Below are positions 1 through 8,400 of a DNA stretch of 64,000 nucleotides, one piece after another. The position numbers and the translations under genes were made by a program. Every line of letters starts with the position of its first letter. The stretch's first letter is position 1. The notes below the pieces were generated by a model. That model saw only the letters and a program-made list of their open reading frames with translations. It did not search any database and was not told the DNA's origin. Origin of the DNA: a virus (taxonomy: Duplodnaviria > Caudoviricetes); the IMG/VR virus record IMGVR_UViG_3300012122_000001, positions 8,726 to 72,725 of that record; one strand, written 5' to 3'.

Positions 1-1
1 C

Positions 2-370
2 GGCGTCCGCGTGCGTGCAGGCGTAGTTCGACCGGCCCTTCAGCGTCTCGATGTCCGGCGCCGGGTAGTCGGTCGCGTACTGGTCCTGGAGGATCTTCTG
101 CGAGGTCAGCATGAAGGTCGACTCGCCGACCGTCCGGAGCGCGTTCGCGACCGTCTTGCAGGCGTCGGTCTTGCCCGCGCCCGTGGGGAGCTCGCCGACC
201 ACGAACCGCTTCCCGGCGGCGAACGCGGCGGCGGCTTTCTCCAGGAAGTGGGTCTGCTGGGGGCGGGGGGTTTTGCCTGGGGTGAAGTGCGTGAGAAGCT
301 GATCGCCCGTGAAGGCCCAAGGCTTCACATTTTTCTGGGGCACCGGGGGGACGACGTTCCTCGTGACCAC
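2..370 (-). CDS. DinG/XPD-family SF2 helicase, N-terminal part (runs off left edge)
   Basis: Not in the ORF track; translated by hand from GTG at 370 with AGGAGG SD upstream. Contains Q motif PRPQQ, Walker A GELPTGAGKT, motif Ia LTSQKILQDQY and the DinG signature LKGRSNYAC. Confidence 0.9.
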   Translation of the reverse strand, partial: MVTRNVVPPVPQKNVKPWAFTGDQLLTHFTPGKTPRPQQTHFLEKAAAAFAAGKRFVVGELPTGAGKTDACKTVANALRTVGESTFMLTSQKILQDQYATDYPAPDIETLKGRSNYACTHADA

Positions 371-579
371 GGGTTCCTCCTTCTTCTTCCTACCCGACCG
401 CGCGGTTCCTCCGCCTCGCGGCCGGGCTGTCCCTAGAGTCGCTGGATCTGGACCGCCGTACGTCCGAGTACAGACTGCGGCGACGTGAGCTTGTGAGGAC
501 CCCGGCCGCAAACGGAGCGGCGGCGGTCCATATCCAGAGACTCGGGTTCACTGCGCGCCGGGGTGGTCCTCACGCCTGT

Positions 580-607
580 AGTATAGCCGGAGATAGAACG
601 GATACAA
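580..607 (-). promoter_or_regulatory. sigma70-like promoter for the leftward (DinG) operon
   Basis: TTGTAT-N16-TATACT on the minus strand in an AT-rich intergenic patch. Confidence 0.55.
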
Positions 608-642
608 GGAAAAAGTGACGAAAAAAATAACGCCGATTTGCG

Positions 643-671
643 TTGACCCAGGGGAGCCGCCTATCTATAAA
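643..671 (+). promoter_or_regulatory. sigma70-like promoter for the rightward operon
   Basis: TTGACC-N17-TATAAA; ATG at 678 lies 6 nt after the -10 box (leaderless geometry). Confidence 0.75.
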
Positions 672-677
672 TAGGGC

Positions 678-938
678 ATGGCGAAGCCCGACCGGGTGAT
701 GTTGCCCCAGGTTAAGGCGGTTTGCCCTGTCTCAGGTCTGATGATCGGGACAAAAAGGATCGACACACACTACTGTAGAGCCAGCCTTTGCGCCAACGGA
801 TCCGTTCACGTCTACTGCGTTCTCCACATGTTCAAGGGTTTCATTAGTCATCCCCAGATTCTGGAGGCTTGGAATGTCGCCGAAGGCCACCTCAAAGCGC
901 AAACCCCAGGAGTCCGCCCCGTCGTCCCCGGCAGATGA
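678..938 (+). CDS. small Cys/His-rich hypothetical protein, probably leaderless
   Basis: ATG at the predicted TSS; several Cys/His residues. Overlaps the next gene by 65 nt, so it is uncertain. Confidence 0.45.
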   Translation: MAKPDRVMLPQVKAVCPVSGLMIGTKRIDTHYCRASLCANGSVHVYCVLHMFKGFISHPQILEAWNVAEGHLKAQTPGVRPVVPGR

Positions 939-2892
939 CCACGAACCCTTGGCACCGCCACCCGAAGCAGGGAACGGACACTCCGGCGAAGAGGAGACCG
1001 AGACACCTCAGCCGGAAGAAGAGCCCGCGCAGGTCCAGGTCGTCATGAAGGGTTCCGACAGAGCGGTCCGCGCGGCGGCGGGTCGGCTGTCCGGCAGGTC
1101 GGCGAAGCCCGCACCCGTCGTGACCCCGGCGAATGAGCCCGAACCTCCCGACATCGATCCGAACGCGGACCTTCTCTCGGACGGGAAGAACATGGTGATC
1201 GTCACGCGGCAGTATCCGCGCGTGCTTCACACCCACCAGGGGAAAATTCCGACGAACACTCGCGTCGGCGGGAAGTACGGATGCCCGACGTCGATCTCCG
1301 AAATCGAGGCCGACGTCTTCGCGCGCTTCGGCGGCCGGAAGTACAAGTGCTCGATCCACCCCGACACGTCGAACTGGGAAAACACGATCCTGGGATCCTT
1401 CACGATCGAGCATCCGGATCCGGATTCGGAGCCGTACATCGAAGGGATCACCGACGTCGAGCCTCCCCGCGATGAGCCGGAGATTCCGTCCGGCACCGAT
1501 CCGACTCTTCACGAGACGGATCAGCTCGTCAAGCTTCGCCAGGACGCGGAGCGCCGCATCGAGCGCGCCCGCCTTCGGAAAGAGGCGATGACGATGGAGC
1601 GCGAGGCGAAGCGCCTGGAGGCAGAGCTCGACGAGGACACGAACGGCAAGCCCGCGCCCCAGGTCCCGGTCGGCGAGTCGGAGGAAGTGAAGAAGCTCCG
1701 CGCGGATCTCGCCGCGACCCAGGCGGCGCTCGCAGAAAAGAAAGTCAACGATCGCTTCGACAAGCTGGAGGACTCGATCACGAAGCTCGCGACGGCGATC
1801 GCGACGAGCGCGACGGCGAAGCCCGCGGTGTCCAGCGACGAATCCTTCGCGATGCAGATGGTCAAACAGAGCCAGCAGCATTCGAAGGATATGATGGAGT
1901 TCATGAAGAGCGCCGCCAAGCCTCCCGCGGCGCCGGAGACCCTTGATGCGATGCTGGAGCGCCAGATCAAACTGAACTCCGCCTTCGGAAAGAAGGAGGA
2001 CTCCAGGATGACGCAGTTCCAGGAGCGTCTGATCGAGGACGCCCTGGACAGACTGACGAACGGCAGCGGCGACGAGCGCGGAGGCGAGCCCGACGAGGAG
2101 CAGGACGTCATCAAGTACGGCATCAAGCAGCTCACGCCGGTCCTCAAGACCTACGTCGAGAAGGTCATGGAGAAGGAAGCCGCGGGCGGCGCCGCCGTCA
2201 CGCCGGAGCGCGTGAAGGAGATCTACGCCGAACAGGCTGCGAAGGTCGCACGAGAGCTCGAAGCGAAGATGCGCGCGGACGGAATGCGGATCGCCGTCGG
2301 TCCGGACGGGAAGACGATGGCGCTTCCGGCGCCCAGGGGCAAGGGAGCCGTCGTTCCTCCGCGTCACGCGGGGACGAAAGTCGTCTCGCAGCACCGGACG
2401 TCGGAGGGCGTGGTCAAGACCGTCCACGTCACTCCGGAGAACATGAAGAAGAAGGAAGAAGAACCGAAGCTGGAGGGAGACGACGTGGTCAAGTTTGCCG
2501 AGTTCCCTGGGATCGGAGACAACGGCGGCACGCTGAAGATCCCGATTCCTCCGCCCCCAGGCGATCTGAAGTACGATCGCAAGGGCGTCGTCAACTTCAT
2601 CCTCGACTCGATCCGGTCCGAGATCCGTCAGCAGATCCCGCAGAACACTCCGAACGATTCGTTCGTGCCGGGTGATGCGCTCGAACTGCTCGACGCCGAG
2701 ATCCTGGACCGCATCGCGAAGGTCGACTCCGGCGAACAGGTCGAGAAGATCCTCGCCGAGTGGGGCGATCAGAAGAAGATCGACGAGATCAAGGCGGCGG
2801 GCAACGACGAAGCCGTCAAGTCCTGGCTCCGGCGCCTCGTCATCACGATCGGAGACGCTTACCGGAGCGCGGTGCAGGGGAAGGGCGCGTAA
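874..2892 (+). CDS. 672-aa hypothetical protein (acidic/Pro-rich N-terminus, central coiled coil)
   Basis: GGAGG SD, GC3-biased codons; no family motif recognised and no Walker A. Confidence 0.8.
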   Translation: MSPKATSKRKPQESAPSSPADDHEPLAPPPEAGNGHSGEEETETPQPEEEPAQVQVVMKGSDRAVRAAAGRLSGRSAKPAPVVTPANEPEPPDIDPNADLLSDGKNMVIVTRQYPRVLHTHQGKIPTNTRVGGKYGCPTSISEIEADVFARFGGRKYKCSIHPDTSNWENTILGSFTIEHPDPDSEPYIEGITDVEPPRDEPEIPSGTDPTLHETDQLVKLRQDAERRIERARLRKEAMTMEREAKRLEAELDEDTNGKPAPQVPVGESEEVKKLRADLAATQAALAEKKVNDRFDKLEDSITKLATAIATSATAKPAVSSDESFAMQMVKQSQQHSKDMMEFMKSAAKPPAAPETLDAMLERQIKLNSAFGKKEDSRMTQFQERLIEDALDRLTNGSGDERGGEPDEEQDVIKYGIKQLTPVLKTYVEKVMEKEAAGGAAVTPERVKEIYAEQAAKVARELEAKMRADGMRIAVGPDGKTMALPAPRGKGAVVPPRHAGTKVVSQHRTSEGVVKTVHVTPENMKKKEEEPKLEGDDVVKFAEFPGIGDNGGTLKIPIPPPPGDLKYDRKGVVNFILDSIRSEIRQQIPQNTPNDSFVPGDALELLDAEILDRIAKVDSGEQVEKILAEWGDQKKIDEIKAAGNDEAVKSWLRRLVITIGDAYRSAVQGKGA

Positions 2893-2895
2893 CGA

Positions 2896-3189
2896 ATGGC
2901 GGCGGACGACGTCGATCCGCAGATCAAGGCGCAGCGAGACCGGATCATCAAGGCGTTCGAGACGATCGGGTTATCGACGGCGAAGCTTCATGCGGCGACG
3001 GACCAGCAGGTCCAGGCAATCGGAGCACTTTTCGAAGCGATCGCAAAGGACAAGGACGGTCTGATCTGCGCGATCGACGATTTGATCGTCGAGATCCAGG
3101 GACTTCGGCAGGACGTGCGCGCGATCGCCAAGGCGACCGGCATCCAGGCGGGGCTCGCCTCGCTGTTCGGAGCCGCGAGGAGACGCTGA
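2896..3189 (+). CDS. small coiled-coil protein
   Basis: Directly follows the previous stop; heptad pattern; ends GLASLFGAARRR. Confidence 0.75.
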   Translation: MAADDVDPQIKAQRDRIIKAFETIGLSTAKLHAATDQQVQAIGALFEAIAKDKDGLICAIDDLIVEIQGLRQDVRAIAKATGIQAGLASLFGAARRR

Positions 3190-3204
3190 GGTTTCGTTTA
3201 TCAC

Positions 3205-3233
3205 TTGACATAGGATTCACAGTAGAGCAAAAT
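3205..3233 (+). promoter_or_regulatory. sigma70-like promoter
   Basis: TTGACA-N17-CAAAAT in an AT-rich intergenic region. Confidence 0.65.
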
Positions 3234-3275
3234 GTTATTCGTAGATCGGCAGAGAAGCTCGTAGGAGCAGAATAG

Positions 3276-3303
3276 GCCGCGGCGAAAGTCGCGGCTTTTT
3301 TTT
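3276..3303 (+). terminator. intrinsic terminator / attenuator
   Basis: 8-bp stem GCCGCGGC-GAAA-GTCGCGGC followed by T8. Confidence 0.85.
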
Positions 3304-3324
3304 ATGGGCCGAGATGGGGAAGAG

Positions 3325-3495
3325 ATGACGACGGTGATCTGCCCGAAGTGCGGACGTTTCGCACTGAAGGGTAGGTTCCAGATCGTCGAGACCATCTGCA
3401 ACGACCGCGATTGTCGCGCGAACTTCGTTGTAGAGGTGCTCGCGGACGGATCGACCGCGATCCGGACTCTTCCCCGACAGAAGGTTAAGGCGTAG
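3325..3495 (+). CDS. Com-like zinc-ribbon protein (alternative start 3304)
   Basis: CPKC-x15-CNDRDC spacing resembling phage Mu Com-type Zn ribbons. Confidence 0.6.
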   Translation: MTTVICPKCGRFALKGRFQIVETICNDRDCRANFVVEVLADGSTAIRTLPRQKVKA

Positions 3496-3666
3496 GGTCC
3501 ACCAGGGCAGACGGACCGAGGCCGCGCAACGCGGAGTTGACCTCGAAATGGTCCGTTCGTCTCACAACGGCGCCGCGCTCCGCGCATCTCATTCCTTCGT
3601 TCCTTCTTCTTCCTTGGGGCCCCGCGTCTCCGCGCGGGGTTCCTTCAATTTTCTTCCGGTGCCTCG

Positions 3667-5208
3667 ATGAGCTCGACCGTCGAAGGGCTCGAGCGCGGAG
3701 TCATCGGCACGGACAAAACCATCCAGAGAATGCACCGTCTGGTCGCGCTGGGAAAGCTCGACCCGACGATCCAGAAGATCGCGACCTGGATCCGCCTGGG
3801 CGTGCCCAAGGACGTGCGCGCCTCGACGAAGCTCGCGGCCGACGCGATCTTCAACTGGGTTCAGAAGCACGGTCTCTTCCAGCGCGACCCGTTCCAGATC
3901 GAGAAGATCGAGCATCCTATCGAAGCGATGCGGCCGATCATCGAGGCGCGCAAGGCCGGGACGTACACCGGACCGGCGCTCTTCGTCGGCGACTGCGACA
4001 CGATGGCGGGCGTGTACACGGCGAGTTTGCTCGGCGTGCTCGGCTTCCAGTATTCCTTCGAAACCGCCAAGGTCGATCCGGATCGCCCCGACGAGTTCTC
4101 TCACGTCTGGGTCTCCGCGCGGATCGGGAACGAGTGGTACCCGCTCGACCCGTCGACGCGCGGGGCATATCCCGGCTGGCGTCCTCCGGTCAAGCCGGAG
4201 CAGTTCAAACGCTGGCCGGAGGGACCGATCGAAGACGTCGTGAAAGGGTCCGACATGAGCGCATTCAACAGCGGCATGGGGGATAACGGAGAAGACGAAG
4301 GCGGCGACGAGCCCGTCATCGAGAACAACGATTCCCCCCTCACCGGAGTCGACGCCGAGTACGCCCAGGACTACATCGGATACGGGATCCCCAGGGACTT
4401 CGGCAGCGGCCCAGGCGTGATCCCGCCCGGCAACTTCGAGAGCCTCCAGCTCCTTCCGCCGCACGACACGCAGATCCCGGCGGCCGACCTGGAGCGGGAC
4501 ATGCATCTGCTCAAGGCGGCGCCGCGCCTGGACCCGTCCGAACGGATCCAGAGCCTCGCCGGTCAGCCGAACGACCACGGCAACCCCTACTATCGCGGGG
4601 GTGGTCGCCAGCCCTACATCAAGGTCGAGCGCAAGATGTACCCGCCCGGCTCGCGCTGGAACGAGCCGTACGGCAAGGACACCATCCGCTACCAGAAAAC
4701 CGACAAGTACATTTCCGTCAAGAGTCCCGAAACACCCGAAAGACGAGTGGAGGTCAAGATGGACCAGCCGATGCTGATCCGCAGGAGAAACGTCATGACG
4801 CCCCCTCAGCGGATCCCGTTCGGCGCAATGGACGGCATGGGCGACATCGATCCCAATACCGGGATCATGACCTTCGGCTCGACGCCCGCGCCCACGGCGA
4901 CGCAGACGGCAGCGGCGACCGCCGGAACGTCCGTCTGGGATTCGATCCTGGGCGCATTCTCGTCCGTCGCGAAGGCCGCCGGAACGATCGTTCCGTCGGT
5001 GCTCCAGTCGAAGACCGCGCAGGCCGTCGCGAGCGCGACGAACCGTCTCGCGGGCTCGAACGTGCTGACGGCCGGGCAGCTCACCAACCCGACGCCCTGG
5101 TACAAGAACCCCGTCACGATCGGCCTGGGGCTCGCCACGCTCGGCGGCCTGGGCTACGTCGTCATCAAGATGCGCCCCGGCATGGGCGGCCGGAGGCGTC
5201 GCCGGTAG
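3667..5208 (+). CDS. transglutaminase-like (papain-fold Cys-His-Asp) enzyme with C-terminal membrane anchor; candidate maturation protease
   Basis: GDCD, SHVW and PLDPS triad motifs; C-terminal hydrophobic helix IGLGLATLGGLGYVVI plus RRRRR tail. Confidence 0.8.
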   Translation: MSSTVEGLERGVIGTDKTIQRMHRLVALGKLDPTIQKIATWIRLGVPKDVRASTKLAADAIFNWVQKHGLFQRDPFQIEKIEHPIEAMRPIIEARKAGTYTGPALFVGDCDTMAGVYTASLLGVLGFQYSFETAKVDPDRPDEFSHVWVSARIGNEWYPLDPSTRGAYPGWRPPVKPEQFKRWPEGPIEDVVKGSDMSAFNSGMGDNGEDEGGDEPVIENNDSPLTGVDAEYAQDYIGYGIPRDFGSGPGVIPPGNFESLQLLPPHDTQIPAADLERDMHLLKAAPRLDPSERIQSLAGQPNDHGNPYYRGGGRQPYIKVERKMYPPGSRWNEPYGKDTIRYQKTDKYISVKSPETPERRVEVKMDQPMLIRRRNVMTPPQRIPFGAMDGMGDIDPNTGIMTFGSTPAPTATQTAAATAGTSVWDSILGAFSSVAKAAGTIVPSVLQSKTAQAVASATNRLAGSNVLTAGQLTNPTPWYKNPVTIGLGLATLGGLGYVVIKMRPGMGGRRRRR

Positions 5209-5213
5209 GTTCG

Positions 5214-5495
5214 ATGCGCTACATCCGCTACGTCAAGAGACCCGGCATCGGAGATTCCGTCACCGACGGACTCACGACCGGCTTCACCGCTTCGGTCGCC
5301 GAGGCCCTGGAGCCGAAGATCCGGACCATCCTGAAGGAGGACATCCTTCCCATGGTGATGGTGGGTCTCGTCGCGGGCGCCGTAGCGGCGTCGGTCATCG
5401 GATCCTGGTTCGCTTCGCGCCCCTCGCGGTCCGGAGTCCGGTCGAACCCGGTCTCCAGGATCCACATCCCTCTGCGTCGCCGGAGGACCGCATGA
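5214..5495 (+). CDS. small membrane protein
   Basis: One hydrophobic helix, N-terminal GIGD motif, basic C-terminus with RSNP. Confidence 0.75.
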   Translation: MRYIRYVKRPGIGDSVTDGLTTGFTASVAEALEPKIRTILKEDILPMVMVGLVAGAVAASVIGSWFASRPSRSGVRSNPVSRIHIPLRRRRTA

Positions 5496-8400
5496 GCTAC
5501 CAGGATCTCAAGTCCAGGATGGTCGCGCACCTCAAGAAGTGGGCGCGTGGAATGGTTGATTCCGGCGAGGGCATGAACTTCAGCATCGAGTCGGCGATTT
5601 ACTGGTTCGCGAACGACTACCACAACGGCGGCGGAAGCGAGCTCTACCAGATCCTCTCGACCTCGAAATTTCGTCCCGGTCCGTCTCATCGGTCGGTCGA
5701 CGATGAAGGCGACGAGATCGACAAAATGATGTACGAGGAGCTGGAGCGGTACTTCATCCCAAAAGGAAGAGCGAGGAACAACGGTCACACGGGCGTTCGA
5801 AAGAACCCTCCGTCCTTCATCCTGATCGACAAAGAGACCGGACTCGTCGTGTACACGAAGCGGGCGACCGGCGTCGGCAGCGCAGCGATCTCGGCTTGCG
5901 TGAAGCGTGGTCACGAGCTCGCGGACCAGCACAACCGCGTCTACACCGTCTTCCTGGACATCCGCGGCCTCTCTCGTGGCATGAAGGTCCATGTCCCGGC
6001 GATCTATGCGCTCGGGATCACCGAAGAGATCCATCCGGGCGGTCAGTCCGTCCGTCCGAATTCTCGCGGCGCCGTACGGAAGAACATCTTCACCTTCAAC
6101 AATCCGAAGCTGAAGTTCAGCGATCTCTCGGTCGGCGAGACGTTCGTGTTCGCCTCCCAGGACGATCCCAAGTTCCTGACCAGCGGAATGGCGCGCGGTC
6201 CGTGGATCAAGCGCAGCGCCAGGACGTACGAACACGTCGACGACGTCGGCAAGCAGATCTCGGAGCGGAGGTACGGCGGCGGCCATATCGCCGTCGGAAG
6301 CGCCTCCGTCGGAGTGAAGCGCATGAGCCTCGGACGGGAACTGCCGAAGCTCTGCCCTCACTGCGACGCCTCGTATATCGGCACGCCCCAGATGCACAAG
6401 TTCGAGTGCGCTCCCCAGGGCGGAGCGAACCTGTACCAGGAGAACCCGCGCCGCAGATCCGCTCGTCGGAACCCCACGATGGGATCCTACGAGGTCTTCG
6501 TCGGGAACATCGGGCAGGTCTACGACGGGAACGATCGGGCGAAGGCGCAGCACTCCTTCGACTACTACGTCGCCATGTCGAAGCGTACCAGCGGTCGCGC
6601 GAGCGGCGAGGATGTCGCCCTCCTCTGTGAAGGCGAACTCAGCCAGGAGTACATCGGAAGCAAGGGACGCGAGCGCGGAGATCATCGGCGCGGCGTCCGC
6701 CGGAACATCTTCACCTTCAACAATCCTCCGTCCGGCCCGGCAGATCCGGCCGCGGCGCGCGAGCTCGAGGTCTACATCGAGAACGACGCCGACCTCTACC
6801 GGCAGCAGTTCGTCCCGATCGTGAAGAATCTGATGCTGAAGCGCCGGAAGGGCGTCTACAACCGCGAGCTGGCGGTCAAGCTCTTCATGTACCTGATGGA
6901 CGCGGGCGCGAAGAAGTACGTCGCCGAGTACGTCCGCTCGTCGTCGCCCGGCGCGCCGATGCCGAAGATCGACGGCACCTTCAACAAGAACACGCGCCTG
7001 ATGGCCGCGCGGTCCTTCCTGGAGTCCTTCGAAGGCGAGGCGGAGCTCGGGAACTACGACCGGATGATCGGTCCGGTCTCGAACCCTCGGGGGGCAAACG
7101 TGCGGAAGAATATCTTCACCTTCAACAACCCGAAGCAGCGTCCTCTGAACGAGATGGAGAACGCTGCCAGTCTGGTCGGCCTGACCGTCACGACCTGGGC
7201 GCCGGGCGACGGCGTGACGCGCTACCGCTTCTTCAAGGCAGGCGGAAGTCGGTACGCCGACTATCACCAGGGCGGCGCTCTCTACACGGCGCTCGGCCGG
7301 AAGGAAGCGATCGCGTTCATCAAGTCGTACGGCGTCGGCCGTAGCCGGATGAATCCGCTGAACCAGAAAGAAATCGAGCAGATGCGCGATCGCGAGAGGT
7401 TCTACGTCGGTCGCTCTCAGAAGTACGGTTCCGAGGGGAAGGAAGCGGATGCCGCTCACTTCCGAGGCGCCGCGCAGGAGAGTCGGAACATTCGCGAGCG
7501 TCACCATGCCAAGGGCACGGATTGGTGGCCGAATCCCCCTGTCTGCTCGAACCCGCTCGTCCGCGGCGACAAGCTTCCTCACAACCTCCGGATGGAAGTG
7601 CGGAATCGGTTCATCTACCGCTGGACGTCCGACAACGATCGTCGCGCCGAAGTCTACGGCCTCTGCCCGCACTGCAAGACGCGGGGCGGGAAGCCCTCCG
7701 AGACCAACATCGCTTGCCGTCAGGTCCACCCGACGATCCCGCTTCAGACGGACGAGCAGTGGCTCAAGACGCACGCCTTCCACGTCACGAAGGCGGGTCG
7801 TCTCAGCGAGCGGCATAACCATGCGGAGCCGGGCTACATGGCCGACGACGAGACCAGGAAGAATCCGATGTCGCGCCGCGAAGCCGCAGGAGAGATCCGG
7901 GAGATCCGCGGCGCGAGAAGCAAGATGCGCTACTTCCATCGGCTCGGCCGTCCGGAAGCTGCCGAGTTCCAGGACGGATACGCTCACGGAGTCGCAGGAG
8001 CGGTTTACCGCCGCGGTCCGAAGTCCGCGCGTCGTGTCGTCGATCGCGCGGTCCGCTCGAATCCGCTCCTCCAGACCGTGATGCTGGCGAATCCTGGATC
8101 GGTGAAGACTTTCAGCGAGATGCAGGACGTGGGCAAGGCGAAGTACGTTGTGAACTATCACGACGGAGTGAAGGTGCATCGCGACGGTAGCCCGTTTTTC
8201 GACATCGCCATTTTCAGCAATCGGGCTAAGAAAGATCAGTTCGTCAGGAAGTTGGAGAGCCTTGGATTTACTCGGGGCGCCCTTCGGAACCCGCCGATCT
8301 CCACGCAGTGGGATCGGATGACGCGCCGCCAGCGCGAGGCGCTCCTGGAGATCGTCGGCTACGATCGTGACTTCTCCGGCGGCATGACGCTGTCCACCTG

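Noticed and set aside
11-436. ORF-track + strand ORF 11-436
   Set aside because: It is antisense to the clear DinG helicase reading frame.
892-8179. Long antisense ORFs (892-2427, 3589-4578, 5228-8179; similarly 18645-20339, 23120-25021, 31198-33069, 35097-36872, 38868-40649, 44343-45890)
   Set aside because: Shadow frames caused by high GC3 codon bias; they mirror well-supported genes, lack SD sites and have no motifs.
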